Part shown: piece after piece, positions 28,601 to 39,150 of the stretch
Numbering within the stretch: position 1 is the stretch's first letter
Layout of the letters: the number at the start of each line of letters is the position of its first letter
Source: Nemertoderma westbladi
Lineage: Eukaryota > Animalia > Xenacoelomorpha
Direction of reading: 5' to 3'
Assembly: GCA_032718475.1 (NCBI GenBank)
Contig: JAUCBJ010000450.1
Coordinates: 1 to 46,158, forward strand
Length of the DNA: 46,158 nucleotides
Translations under genes and position numbers: made by a program
The notes under the pieces: model-generated
Database searches by the model: none
Seen by the model: only the letters and a program-made list of their open reading frames with translations
Told to the model about the DNA's origin: nothing

Positions 28601-29988
28601 TGGTCAGTTACTTATTGGACTGTAAGTTGCTATTGGTCAGTTACTTATTGGAAAGTAAGTTGTTATTGGTCAGTTACTTATTGGAAAGTAAGTTGCTATT
28701 GGTCAGTTACTTATTGGACTGTAAGTTGTTATTGGCCAGTTACTTATTGGATTGTAAGTTGCTATTGGTCAGTTACTTATTGGACTGTAAGTTGCTATTG
28801 GTCAGTTACTTATTGGAAAGTAAGTTGTTAATTGTCAGTTACTTATTGGAAAGTAAGTTGCTATTGGTCAGTTACTTATTGGACTGTAAGTTGCTATTGG
28901 TCAGTTACTTATTGGAAAGTAAGTTGCTATTGGTCAGTTACTTATTGGACTGTAAGTTGTTATTGGTCAGTTACTTATCGGAAAGTAAGTTGCTATTGGT
29001 CAGTTACTTATTGGACTGTAAGTTGCTATTGGTCAGTTACTTATTGGAAAGTAAGTTGTTATTGGTCAGTTACTTATTGGAAAGTAAGTTGCTATTGGTT
29101 AGTTACTTATTGGACTGTAAGTTGTTATTGGTCAGTTACTTATTGGAAAGTAAGTTGTTATTGGTCAGTTACTTATTGGAAAGTAAGTTGATATTGGTCA
29201 GTTACTTATTGGACTGTATGTTGTTATTGGCCAGTTACTTATTGGAAAGTAAGTTGTTATTGGTCAGTTACTTATTGGACTGTAAGTTGCTATTGGTCAG
29301 TTACTTATTGGAAAGTAAGTTGTTATTGGTCAGTTACTTATTGGAAAGTAAGTTGCTATTGGTCAGTTACTTATTGGACTGTAAGTTGTTATTGGTCAGT
29401 TACTTATTGGATTGTAAGTTGTTATTGGTCAGTTACTTATTGGAAAGTAAGTTGTTATTGGTCAGTTACTTATTGGACTGTAAGTTGTTATTGGTCAGTT
29501 ACTTATTGGACTGTAAGTTGTTATTGGTCAGTTACTTATTGGATTGTAAGTTGTTATTGGTCAGTTACTTATTGGACTGTAAGTTGCTATTGGTCAGTTA
29601 CTTATTGGAAAGTAAGTTGTTATTGGTCAGTTACTTATTGGAAAGTAAGTTGCTATTGGTCAGTTACTTATTGGAAAGTAAGTTGTTATTGGTCAGTTAC
29701 TTATTCGACTGTAAGTTGTTATTGGTCAGTTACTTATTGGAAAGTAAGTTGCTATTGGTCAGTTACTTATTGGACTGTAAGTTGTTATTGGTCAGTTACT
29801 TATTGGAAAGTAAGTTGTTATTGGTCAGTTACTTATTGGACTGTAAGTTGTTATTGGTCAGTTACTTATTGGACTGTAAGTTGCTATTGGTCAGTTACTT
29901 ATTGGAAAGTAAGTTGTTATTGGTCAGTTACTTATTGGATTGTAAGTTGTTATTGGTCAGTTACTTATTGGAAAGTAAGTTGTTATTG
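7618..29988 (+). repeat. 33-bp tandem satellite, ~678 copies, consensus ATTGGA(CT/TT/AA)|GTAAGTTG(T/C)TATTGGTCAGTTACTT, starting in the last 8 nt of DGK exon A
   Basis: Directly visible 33-bp periodicity over 22,371 bp. Occasional 31-bp (~7903, ~9283, ~10733) and 34-bp (GGAAAAGT) units. Confidence 0.99.
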
Positions 29989-31104
29989 TACCGTCCCGAA
30001 CTGCGGGGGCACTCTAATTATATGTGATTGACACTGTTGCTATAGCAACCGTACAGAAAACGTATTTAGTAAACGTTCATTAGTTTCGTTTCAGGCTGTT
30101 ATCAGTCAGGCAAACCGGAATTATATCACGTTAATTTGGCGTCATTTGGAATAAATTATCTTATAAAATTACAGGAAGTGAAATAAAATCATGAAATTAC
30201 CAATAATTATAATCCCTTCAGTGCTGACGAATCATAGATTCGAATATATTATGAGACACTATAATAAAAAACAGTTTACTCATGTTATATAGGCCTAACA
30301 CAGTACCGCTATTAATAACCGCCGTTAATACCGGGCTATACAATTTTGTACAATAAGAGAGAGAGATAAGAGAGGGGGAGGGTCATATTGAACCCCCCCC
30401 CCCCCCCCCCCAAATTTAATAAAATCGTCTTGATTTTTTTTTATTTGTACGTAGATTTTACTAGTCTGAATCAGAACGAAAAATATTTTTCGAAAAATTT
30501 ACTGGGGTGGTTTTCTTGCAGCATCAAAGTTTCATGTAGTGAACAATTTTCAAAAAATATGAAAGTTACAATTTTTACCTAATATTTTATAAATATACAG
30601 TAGGTTTTCTGGAGTGCAGAATTCATTAGAAAATATTTAAAAATCATATGGTTGTTACTATAAATAAATGGCAGTTTTAGTCCTCTACGTAGGCAAAAAA
30701 AATGAAAAAACAAGTTTCCAGCACTTTTCAGTTTGAACACAAAACTTTTAATTGACTTATATATATGATGCTACTGTATAAATTCATTTTTTCAGGTTTT
30801 CTGGGGCGCTGATTCTAATTGAATACATTTCTATTTCTTCAGATCATTGCTACTCGTGTTTTTCGGTGTAGGGGCCTATTATGGGAGATTGTTATCCTAG
30901 CACCAAATTTCGTATCCATCACCAAAAAGTACAAGTTTGAGATGTCCAGTCCCGTTTTTATTGATTCCATTGGATTCAGGACCCTCATAAACCCGTATAA
31001 CGCAAGAAACAAGATAATACTATCTATTGATCAATTTGAATATTTTCAACAATTTGAAAAGTTTCACACACCACCGAAAAATACAAGTTTGTAATATCTA
31101 GTTA

Positions 31105-34100
31105 AATAATTATTTATTTCTTTGGATTCAGAACCGCCCTAAACCTGTAAAATATGTACGATAAATTATTATTGTTATTATCGTACAGTGAATAAGAAAT
31201 AATTATGCACGTACAGTTAGACAGACATAAATAGCACAATAATATAATGTAAGATTTTATATAGTGATTATGTAATAAATAAGTAAATGTATATCTATTT
31301 TGGACCAAAAATAAACGACAATAATGATTTATATTACCTGCAATCAATCACAGCACAATTTAAATTAAAGAAAAAGAGGAAAAATCACAAAAGTAATCAG
31401 ATTTACGAACCAAAATTTACAAATTCTAAAACAGCACTATAAAGTATAAATCACATTAAATTTTATGTTTAACATTAAACATATTAAATACATTTTTACA
31501 TATCAAATTGAATTATTCGTTAAACAAAAAGTTTAATATCTGCTCAATTTCCTGTCGACTGAACCCAAAAATTCAATTTCATTTCTGCACAAGTCAATTA
31601 ACTAGAGTACAGCAAGCACAAATATACTGAATATATAATATAATATATAATATAAATATAAATATAGACTATGGTAACTAAGTAGAAATGATCAGCTTGT
31701 ACACATATACGATAACATATAATCTAATTCTTCTGCAGAAAACCCCGGCACTTCTAAAGTGCTCAGCCGGCAATCCAAAAGTTCCCTACAAATGCGCACT
31801 TTATAATTGTTAGCACCGTCACTGCATGGTACATACTTCAATATCTTAACGCGATTATGTTTTAATAATCTTAAATTGTGTTCATTACATAAATTGCCAA
31901 TTTTCCTAAAATTACACCCGCCACGAGATCTACAATCAAATAAAAATAATTCTGCCAAGAAACGAATAGATGGTTTTAAAGAGGTCAATAAACTTTGAGC
32001 AAACGAAACAAACCTAGATTGAATCATTATACATGGGTGATTGAACTGCACAATATTTTCTACGATATATCTATGTGTTGTACGGGGTAAGCCAAAAATA
32101 ATCCTAACATTGATATTCCAAGCACTATAAATACGTGTACATTGTGGAGAAAAAAGGTCCCAAAGACTACTACCATAAAAACATGTGGCATAAATTCGTT
32201 GTATGTTACACAATTGATACGGATCCGCGAAATAAAATTCTTGTCGTAATGCATTTATCTTTCCTATGAATTGACCGCGTTTACGTAAAGTATCGGGTTC
32301 CATTGAATTCTTATAATCCATTACATTCCCAAGATGCAGCGCCTGCTTCACCCACGGAAGATTAACCCCATTTAAACCGATGTGAATATGAGGCTCAGAC
32401 CATATGGAGTCGAAACGTATACATTTAGATTTCGATTTATCAGGATCGGCGTTCGTGCTAAATACGAGGTTGTGTTCCTTTGCAAAATCTTCACAAAGAG
32501 ATACCATGTATTGAAGACCAAGTATGGAGGGGCAGAGCAGAAGAATGTCATCGGCGTAAGCTAAGATCCCTAAGTAAACCTTTCCTATATGGCACCCTAC
32601 TTTCGAAGATCGTAACTTTTTTATCAACTTGTCTAGTAGTACACAGAACAAAATTGGGCTGGCCACGGAACCTTGTCTAACCCCGTTTGATAGAGTGAAC
32701 GAGTCAGAATGCGAATTATTCCACCGCACACAACAGGATTGGTTACTGTAAATCCATAATAAAACACGAAGAAATAAAGCCGAGAAACCTTTCTTAATTA
32801 GTTCTAGGAATAATTTGCCCCATTCAACCATGTCGAACGCCTTTGACAAATCTAGTAGACAACCATAGACCGGAGTAGAATGCCGGGAGTAATATCCAAC
32901 GACCTCAGAGGCCGCCCAAGTACATTGGGTAGTACTGGAGCCAGACTGGAACCCAAACTGCAATTCGTCCAATAGCAACCTTTGTGACTGGGATAGAAGC
33001 ATTACCCACTCGAACAGTTTAATCAATAACGAGGATAGAGCAATCGCCCTGTAATTATTAGATGTATTCTGATTACCCAGTTTGTCTTTAATTAATGGAA
33101 TAATAACACATGTCAGGATGAACTGCGGAACAAAACCGTGAAATAAGAAAGAGTTGAACAATTTACTAATATGTAACCGTAATTCAGGAGGACCATTAAT
33201 CAAACAATCCGAGTCGAACCCAAAAGTAACGTCCGATTTTGAACTTTTTAATCTATGTAAGGCCTCGTCAACCAACTCGGGTGAGATTTTGTGAAAATCG
33301 TCTGTAGAACCTCTTAACTTATATTCAATTGTCTGTTTTAATTGTTCAATATTAGAGTCATACGGTTGATTGAATAAATCGGAGTAAATACTGGCAAACT
33401 TATTGGCTATAGACTGTGGATCGGAACAATCATCAACTGTAGCACTAACAGTACAGGGAACTGAACGAAGTTTCTTAATCTCTCTAAATATATCTGAGTT
33501 AGTTTGCAAACAAGCCTGTATAAGTTTATCGCGGCGAACTTTATCTGCAGACTTCTTCAATCTACGTACAGCGTACTTGTACTGTGCTCTAGTAACCCGG
33601 CGCATATGAAAGAGATGTTCATTCTCGGAAGCGTTGGGGCTGCCTGCTGATACCCATAAACTGTGCCAAAATATGGCTTCTTCCTTAAAAGGTTTTACAT
33701 GATTTGACCAACCTGGCAAAATTGGCCTGTCAGCTGGTACATTGGACTCCCCTGTTTGTTTACCATTGCCAAGGCAACAACTGGAGCACCCATCAATCGC
33801 TTCAAGAATTTCCAATGTGTATTTTTCGATATCCAGTCTATGGCTAGGATCGGTGCAAAAAATATTATCACACAATACTACACCAGGTAAAGGTTCTATA
33901 TCATTTAAAGCACCAGTTAGTTTTATACCAAACTCACGCTGCTGCTCACAAGTAGCACGTTTAAAATTGACATTACTATTATTACAGCTACTATTGACAT
34001 CAGTCGTAATACCAGCTTTCAGATTAGTGACACAAATATTTAACTTTAAGTATATAGGACAGTGACCTGACAAGTTGGCACCGGAATGTATTACACCAGA

Positions 34101-34730
34101 TTCCACAGTGTTATCAAATAACAATTTATTACCAAAAAAGTGATCCAAAGTGGAGTGAAATATAGACTGATCTCTGTAACATGTATAGGTAAAATCTATA
34201 GGATTTAAATCCCACAATCGATCTAAATTAAATTCCTGTAAAAATTGGCTTATAACCTGCACATGAGTCGACAAACGTGAAAAATCTGCATTAATGTCTC
34301 CAGTAAGTAGCACATTGGAACAATCTGTTGAACTTATTATATTTTTAATATCGTTAATCAATGTCAACAACTCATCCGATACAATATTATTCCTACTATC
34401 TACTGGAAAGTAGGAATTTATTATTAACAGTGGCCTTGAGTTTTGCAACGTTAGGCTTATCACCTGTAATCTAGGGTTATTAACTTTTACAATAGTTACA
34501 TACTTGGCTAATGTTTTCCTAATAATAAAACATAAGCCGCCAGAAGGTCTACCGGAACGTACAACGTCATCAGGGTATGTAGCCGGCTGTATGATACACT
34601 GACAGTGAGAAAAAGCACTTTTTATCCTATAAATATTATCACGCAAAACAAAATGCTCTTGCAAGCAGACAATATCGGATCCCAACATTAACGCATTGAT
34701 AAATTGAATCAATAAATTGTCACAATCAAT
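31105..34730 (-). mobile_element. 5'-truncated LINE including ~580 nt AT-rich 3' UTR, antisense within the DGK intron
   Basis: ORF2 as above. On the minus strand the UTR ends ...GAATCCAAAGAAATAAATAATTATT. No ORF1 upstream, with an in-frame stop near 34765. Exact ends are uncertain. Confidence 0.8.
31692..34712 (-). CDS. Non-LTR retrotransposon ORF2: apurinic-like endonuclease plus reverse transcriptase (1006 aa, CR1/L2-group-like, possibly Daphne clade)
   Basis: APE motifs DIVCLQEH, GRPSGG, GDINAD, STLDHF, SGHCPI. RT motifs NYRAIAL, QFGF, LDLSKAFD, GVRQG..SP, YADD. No internal stops. Clade is inferred. Confidence 0.95.
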   Translation of the reverse strand: MIQFINALMLGSDIVCLQEHFVLRDNIYRIKSAFSHCQCIIQPATYPDDVVRSGRPSGGLCFIIRKTLAKYVTIVKVNNPRLQVISLTLQNSRPLLIINSYFPVDSRNNIVSDELLTLINDIKNIISSTDCSNVLLTGDINADFSRLSTHVQVISQFLQEFNLDRLWDLNPIDFTYTCYRDQSIFHSTLDHFFGNKLLFDNTVESGVIHSGANLSGHCPIYLKLNICVTNLKAGITTDVNSSCNNSNVNFKRATCEQQREFGIKLTGALNDIEPLPGVVLCDNIFCTDPSHRLDIEKYTLEILEAIDGCSSCCLGNGKQTGESNVPADRPILPGWSNHVKPFKEEAIFWHSLWVSAGSPNASENEHLFHMRRVTRAQYKYAVRRLKKSADKVRRDKLIQACLQTNSDIFREIKKLRSVPCTVSATVDDCSDPQSIANKFASIYSDLFNQPYDSNIEQLKQTIEYKLRGSTDDFHKISPELVDEALHRLKSSKSDVTFGFDSDCLINGPPELRLHISKLFNSFLFHGFVPQFILTCVIIPLIKDKLGNQNTSNNYRAIALSSLLIKLFEWVMLLSQSQRLLLDELQFGFQSGSSTTQCTWAASEVVGYYSRHSTPVYGCLLDLSKAFDMVEWGKLFLELIKKGFSALFLRVLLWIYSNQSCCVRWNNSHSDSFTLSNGVRQGSVASPILFCVLLDKLIKKLRSSKVGCHIGKVYLGILAYADDILLLCPSILGLQYMVSLCEDFAKEHNLVFSTNADPDKSKSKCIRFDSIWSEPHIHIGLNGVNLPWVKQALHLGNVMDYKNSMEPDTLRKRGQFIGKINALRQEFYFADPYQLCNIQRIYATCFYGSSLWDLFSPQCTRIYSAWNINVRIIFGLPRTTHRYIVENIVQFNHPCIMIQSRFVSFAQSLLTSLKPSIRFLAELFLFDCRSRGGCNFRKIGNLCNEHNLRLLKHNRVKILKYVPCSDGANNYKVRICRELLDCRLSTLEVPGFSAEELDYMLSYMCTS

Positions 34731-35921
34731 TGAACTATTGAGTGAACTACAGTACCAAATTTTTCATACACACCGAAAAATACAAGTTTGTTATACCTGG
34801 GTCATGTCGTTTCTAGCCCTTGCTAGCATATTTTATACATATGTATTCCATGTAATAGCGAACACCAGAAAACCGCTGTAATACAGTACAATAATAGAGA
34901 TGTTACAAATCATATTTCATGAAGTGTAATTTTCATAAAACGTCTCAAAAAGTGCCAAAAGTAGGGTTTAAAAATTGTACTCTAACTCGAAAAGTTCCTA
35001 ATATTTTTAAAAACCGTTTTCAATATTAGGAAGGCAATTAGATTTTTGGGAAAAGTCTTGAAATTCCAGATTTCTAGCTGCTAAGGTAATATTTTGGCCG
35101 TAAATTGAGATGCGAAAATGCAAAGTGTGACGTGAAGTTATGACTTGAAGAATTCCTTGTCATTTCCTCGTCAAAATTCAAATGTTATGAAATCGCCGTC
35201 AACTTCACTTAAAATTCACAACTTTTTCACAACATATTTTTTGCCCCTAGAAGTCAATGTTAGAAAAGTTTGACTTGTTGTGGCCGATATGGGCCACCTT
35301 ACTAACACAGGACCTAACTCATCAATCAACCCCATATTGTTCCAACATTCCATCAACCTACGCAGTAGCATCAAACGCCTCAGCTACAGTAGTAGGCCTA
35401 TACAGCGGTACATTAGATTACAGCGGTACCCCTTTGATGTCGCAACCTAATCTATACCAATCGATATCTTCTCTTCGTTTATGTGTTCGAAAATTAATCA
35501 ATAAAAAAGCTGATTCTGGGACATTAAAACTTTTTTCCCATTAAATATTTATGTTTAGGAAAAGTTAGGTGATTGGGTGTAGCAATATTGTGTTTAAATA
35601 GAAACGGGTATACCCAAAAGAAACCAAGGCATTGTTCCTTAAATGAATCTGCTGTCAAGAACTAAAGTAAATTGTGTCGTTCAATCAATTTGCAATTAAT
35701 TCTTTATGTAGAAACATAGAATACTAGCGGCGGTGGTTTGTTTATGTTCCTAGGATTAATTTCGTTTAGTTCAGCATCATAGGGACAGGATACGATACGA
35801 TACGAAAACGGATTTTCGTATTTCGTGTTGCAGTATTTTATTAGTATCCAATTTCGTATCGTATCATAAAAATTGACTTCGTATCGTATAATACGAATAA
35901 ATATTTTTCGTATTTCGTATC

Positions 35922-37465
35922 TTATTACTTTGTGGGGCGAGCCACGAAGTTGGCGGAGCCTTAGCGAATTGACACTGTTAGGGGGTGGGTCAATTTATGC
36001 ACGTCGTTGTCGTCGTCGTCGTCGTTGTCGTCGTCGTTACGATTTTGACATGCTAATAACTTTGTCGGATTTAAAGCTGCCAAGTTGAAAATTTGTAGGT
36101 ATCAATATGAGCAAAAGTTGAGATTTTTGAGAGACTTTCAGACACCATCAGTGCAATGGTCTCCCGCTAGAGGGCCACATGTCTAAACATTAAATGGCCA
36201 CCCATTTCTTTGCTTTTAATCCGTTTAAGCTGAAACTTGGGAAGTATGTACTAGACCATTAGCTGTAAATTTCAAAGGAGGCTAATCTGTCTGCAGTTCT
36301 CCAGTCTGCCGCTAGAGGGCGAAATGTCCCGAATGTGAAATTATTCTTCCATTTAGTTGTTTATGATCTGATTACGCTGAAACTTGTCATATATGTACTA
36401 GATGACATCCTGAGTCTTTGTGTGGATTGTAATCGGTCCGAAGTTTTCCAGTCTGCCGGTAGAGGGCCACATGTCTAAACATTAAATGGCCACCCATTTC
36501 TTTGCTTTTAATCCGTTTAAGCTGAAACTTGGGAAGTATGTACTAGACCATTAGCTGTAAATTTCAAAGGAGGCTAATCTGTCTGCAGTTCTCCAGTCTG
36601 CCGCTAGAGGGCGAAATGTCCCGAATGTGAAATTATTCTTCCATTTAGTTGGTTATGATCTGATTACGCTGAAACTTGTCATATATGTACTAGATGACAT
36701 CCTGAGTCTTTGTGTGGATTGTAATCGGTCCGAAGTTTTCCAGTCTCCCGCTAGAGGGCCACATGTCTAAACATTAAATGGCCACCCATTTCTTTGCTTT
36801 TAATCCGTTTAAGCTGAAACTTGGGAAGTATGTACTAGACCATTAGCTGTAAATTTCAAAGGAGGCTAATCTGTCTGCAGTTCTCCAGTCTGCCGCTAGA
36901 GGGCGAAATGTCCCGAATGTGAAATTATTCTTCCATTTAGTTGTTTATGATCTGATTACGCTGAAACTTGTCATATATGTACTAGAAGACATCCTAAGTC
37001 TTTGTGTGGACAGTAATCGGTCCGGAGTTTTCGAGTCTGCCGCTAGAGGGCGAAATGTAGGAAAGTGATAACCTTCGCGAATTCCTTGATCTTAATCTAT
37101 TTAAGCTGAATTTTGGAATATACAGTACCGGTATGTACTAGACCACATGCCTCGTCTTTGTGAGGAAGGTGATCGATCCGTAGTTCTTTAATATGCCGCT
37201 AGAGGGCTAAATGTATGAAAGTGAAAACCTTCCAACATTTCGTTATTTATGATCCGTCAATCGGAAACTTGGTAGATATGTAATAGACCATAGGCTGTGG
37301 CTTTGTAGGGAAACTAATCCTTCCTTCTTCAGTTACCCAGTCTCCCGCTAGAGGGTTAACGTTTTCCGGGAAAATCTTCTCCTATGTTTTTATAATCCTT
37401 TCGAGTTGATACTTAGCATTAACTCATTTCACGTGCTGCGCGAAGGCCCCACTTCGTGTAAATAT
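35922..37465 (+). mobile_element. Helentron-associated (HINE/DINE-1-like) non-autonomous element nested in the hAT element
   Basis: 5' GTGGGGC...CACGAAGT and 3' GCCCCACTTCGTG short inverted termini, (GTC)n microsatellite at ~36002-36036, central tandem array. Boundaries are approximate. Confidence 0.6.
36160..37400 (+). repeat. Tandem array of ~146-bp monomers organised as three near-identical 292-bp dimers (145+147) plus diverged monomers
   Basis: CCG(C/G)TAGAGGG anchors at 36164, 36309, 36456, 36601, 36748, 36893, 37040, 37196, 37345. Confidence 0.95.
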
Positions 37466-38928
37466 TAATGTTTTCAACAATCAAACCAGAGATCAACACC
37501 ACTTTAGTTACAATTTTTTTTCTCAAAATTGGTGTTTACAGTTTTATTATGTAATAAAATGTGTAAGACAGGAGGATCGTTAACCACATTTGTAATAATT
37601 AACTGTAGAATAATCATAAAAAGATCACTGAAATATAATCTAATTTCAGTTTGAATAAACTTGTGAGGAGAACTTTAATCGCGCTTACAAGACAATGATG
37701 TTTTAATAAAGGCAATTAGTGAGATAATCAAATCAATAAAACATGGTTTTATTCTAGTATTAGTTTAACTTTTTTTCCATATTGGTACATCAAATTCAAA
37801 ATTATTCCTAAATAAAGGTACCGGTAGCAGTTTAGTACAGTATGCATAAAGTGGCATAGTAACATGGTAACGCCTACTATTGCATTGGAGGCCGTGTTGC
37901 ATAACGTCCTTATGGATCATATAGCCAGTACACACGCTGCGGCAAGCATTCTGGAACAATGAAAAAATAATTATATTATAAAGAAACCTAGTAAGATAGA
38001 TAGTCCAATAAAGATAGCCAATTATAAAGAGATTTATATGATTTTCTAAGTTAATTACAAATATACCACATGTTTTTTAATCAACTCTTAGTAAAATACG
38101 ATACGAAAAAAATACGAAACTATATTCGTATTTCGTATCGTATCTTGGATTTTTCGTATCATATCGTATTTTCTCAAAATTGCATTCGTATCGTATCATA
38201 AAAAAATATTTATACTCGTATTTTCGTATCGTATCGTATCGTATCGTATCCTATCCTATCCATGTTCAGCATAACACTACTAGGCTACGGTATACAGTTC
38301 TATAATATCGACCTACAGAAGCTGCAACGCAACAGCCCACTAAATTTAGTGGACCAACTTTTTATTTATCATTATAACACTTCTGAAATTAATAAAAGTA
38401 ATAATACAGTAATATATATTTATATCGCGCCTGTACACATTGTTCTAGGCGCAAACAATTAGTTAAAATCGGAATAATAGGAACTTATAATTAAAACTTT
38501 TGTCTTACTTTTACGTACGTGTGATTGGCGTATATTTTTGATGCTGATTCGCAGTGGTTAGTTAAATTACTCATCTTCATTTGAGACAAGGGGGGAAACC
38601 AAAACCCGTCTTGGCGAATTAATATCCCGCCTCAATGTTAAATTATCAATTTAGGGAAAGGAGCAGGTTACAGTGGCACGTTATTTTAACCAAAACAATA
38701 AACTAAACACCTTAGAACAGGTTACAGTTTTATTTATTTTTGAGAGTAAACAGCTGTTATTTGTGTCCAATTTCCCCTGGAGAGGGATGAATTTTTATTG
38801 CGTCCAGTCCCCCCTCCCCCCCCCCCCCCCCCCCCTATCTGCTTCTTTACTACCCATTATATCTGGCTTTGGGATTTCATCTATATTACTGTAAGTTATA
38901 AATCCAGTACTTTTTCCTATGTGTTTAG

Positions 38929-39150
38929 GATAACAGCCGATTGGGGGAGCACCTTTGGGTCGATACCTCTACCACAGGGGACTATTGTTATGTTGGCGAC
39001 CTTGAGTGTCTGAAACCCCGTGTTGGGTCCCGCCGGAAATGCGTTCTCTGTCGGATTGTCGTCCATTCCGCCTGTCTACCGGTTCTAGAGAAAATGAAGT
39101 TCCATTGTCGGTTGACCTACCGGGAGGGAGCTGGAAAACATTTCCGAGAG
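38929..39150 (+). CDS. DGKZ: DGK type IV exon B, first C1 (C1A) domain: DNSRLGEHLWVDTSTTGDYCYVGDLECLKPRVGSRRKCVLCRIVVHSACLPVLEKMKFHCRLTYREGAGKHFRE
   Basis: tttag|GAT acceptor, GAG|gttggt donor, 222 nt, phase 0/0. Strong similarity to recalled DGKZ GEHIWFETNVSGDFCYVGE...[33 protein letters not shown]. Confidence 0.93.

Larger units (their letters stand above)
29989..34830. mobile_element. Probable non-autonomous host element that abuts the satellite end and was interrupted by the LINE
   Basis: Hairpin-like left end CCCG-AACTG-CGGG. Motif CACC(A/G)AAAA(G/A)TACAAGTTTG recurs at ~30920, 31072 and, across the LINE, 34771. Right stem-loop CTAGC-CCTT-GCTAG near 34815. Confidence 0.35.
35778..38264. 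mobile_element. Non-autonomous hAT-like DNA transposon with (GATAC)n subterminal repeats, carrying a nested insertion
   Basis: Imperfect TIRs CATAGGGACAGGATACGATACG / CGTATCGTATCCTATCCTATCCATG. 8-bp TSD TTCAGCAT at 35770-35777 and 38265-38272. Confidence 0.85.

Noticed and set aside
7618-29988. CRISPR array
   Set aside because: Head-to-tail units with no unique spacers, no cas genes, and a eukaryotic intronic context.
7618-29988. Canonical recursive-splicing (AG|GT ratchet) sites
   Set aside because: No donor is directly preceded by AG with a polypyrimidine tract. The CAG in each unit is followed by TT.
7664-30027. Very long ORFs (up to 2049 aa) of LLDCKLLLVSY / WTVSCYWSVTY repeats as protein-coding genes
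   Set aside because: They result from a 33-bp unit with two stop-free frames. They start at TTG-type codons, switch frame at scattered indels, and lie in a DGK intron.
31807-34065. Short ORFs overlapping the LINE ORF2
   Set aside because: Antisense or alternate-frame shadows of the RT ORF.
31072-34791. 21-bp direct repeat CACCGAAAAATACAAGTTTGT as the LINE target-site duplication
   Set aside because: It does not abut the LINE ends, and a third related copy lies near 30920, so it is more likely an internal repeat of the host element.
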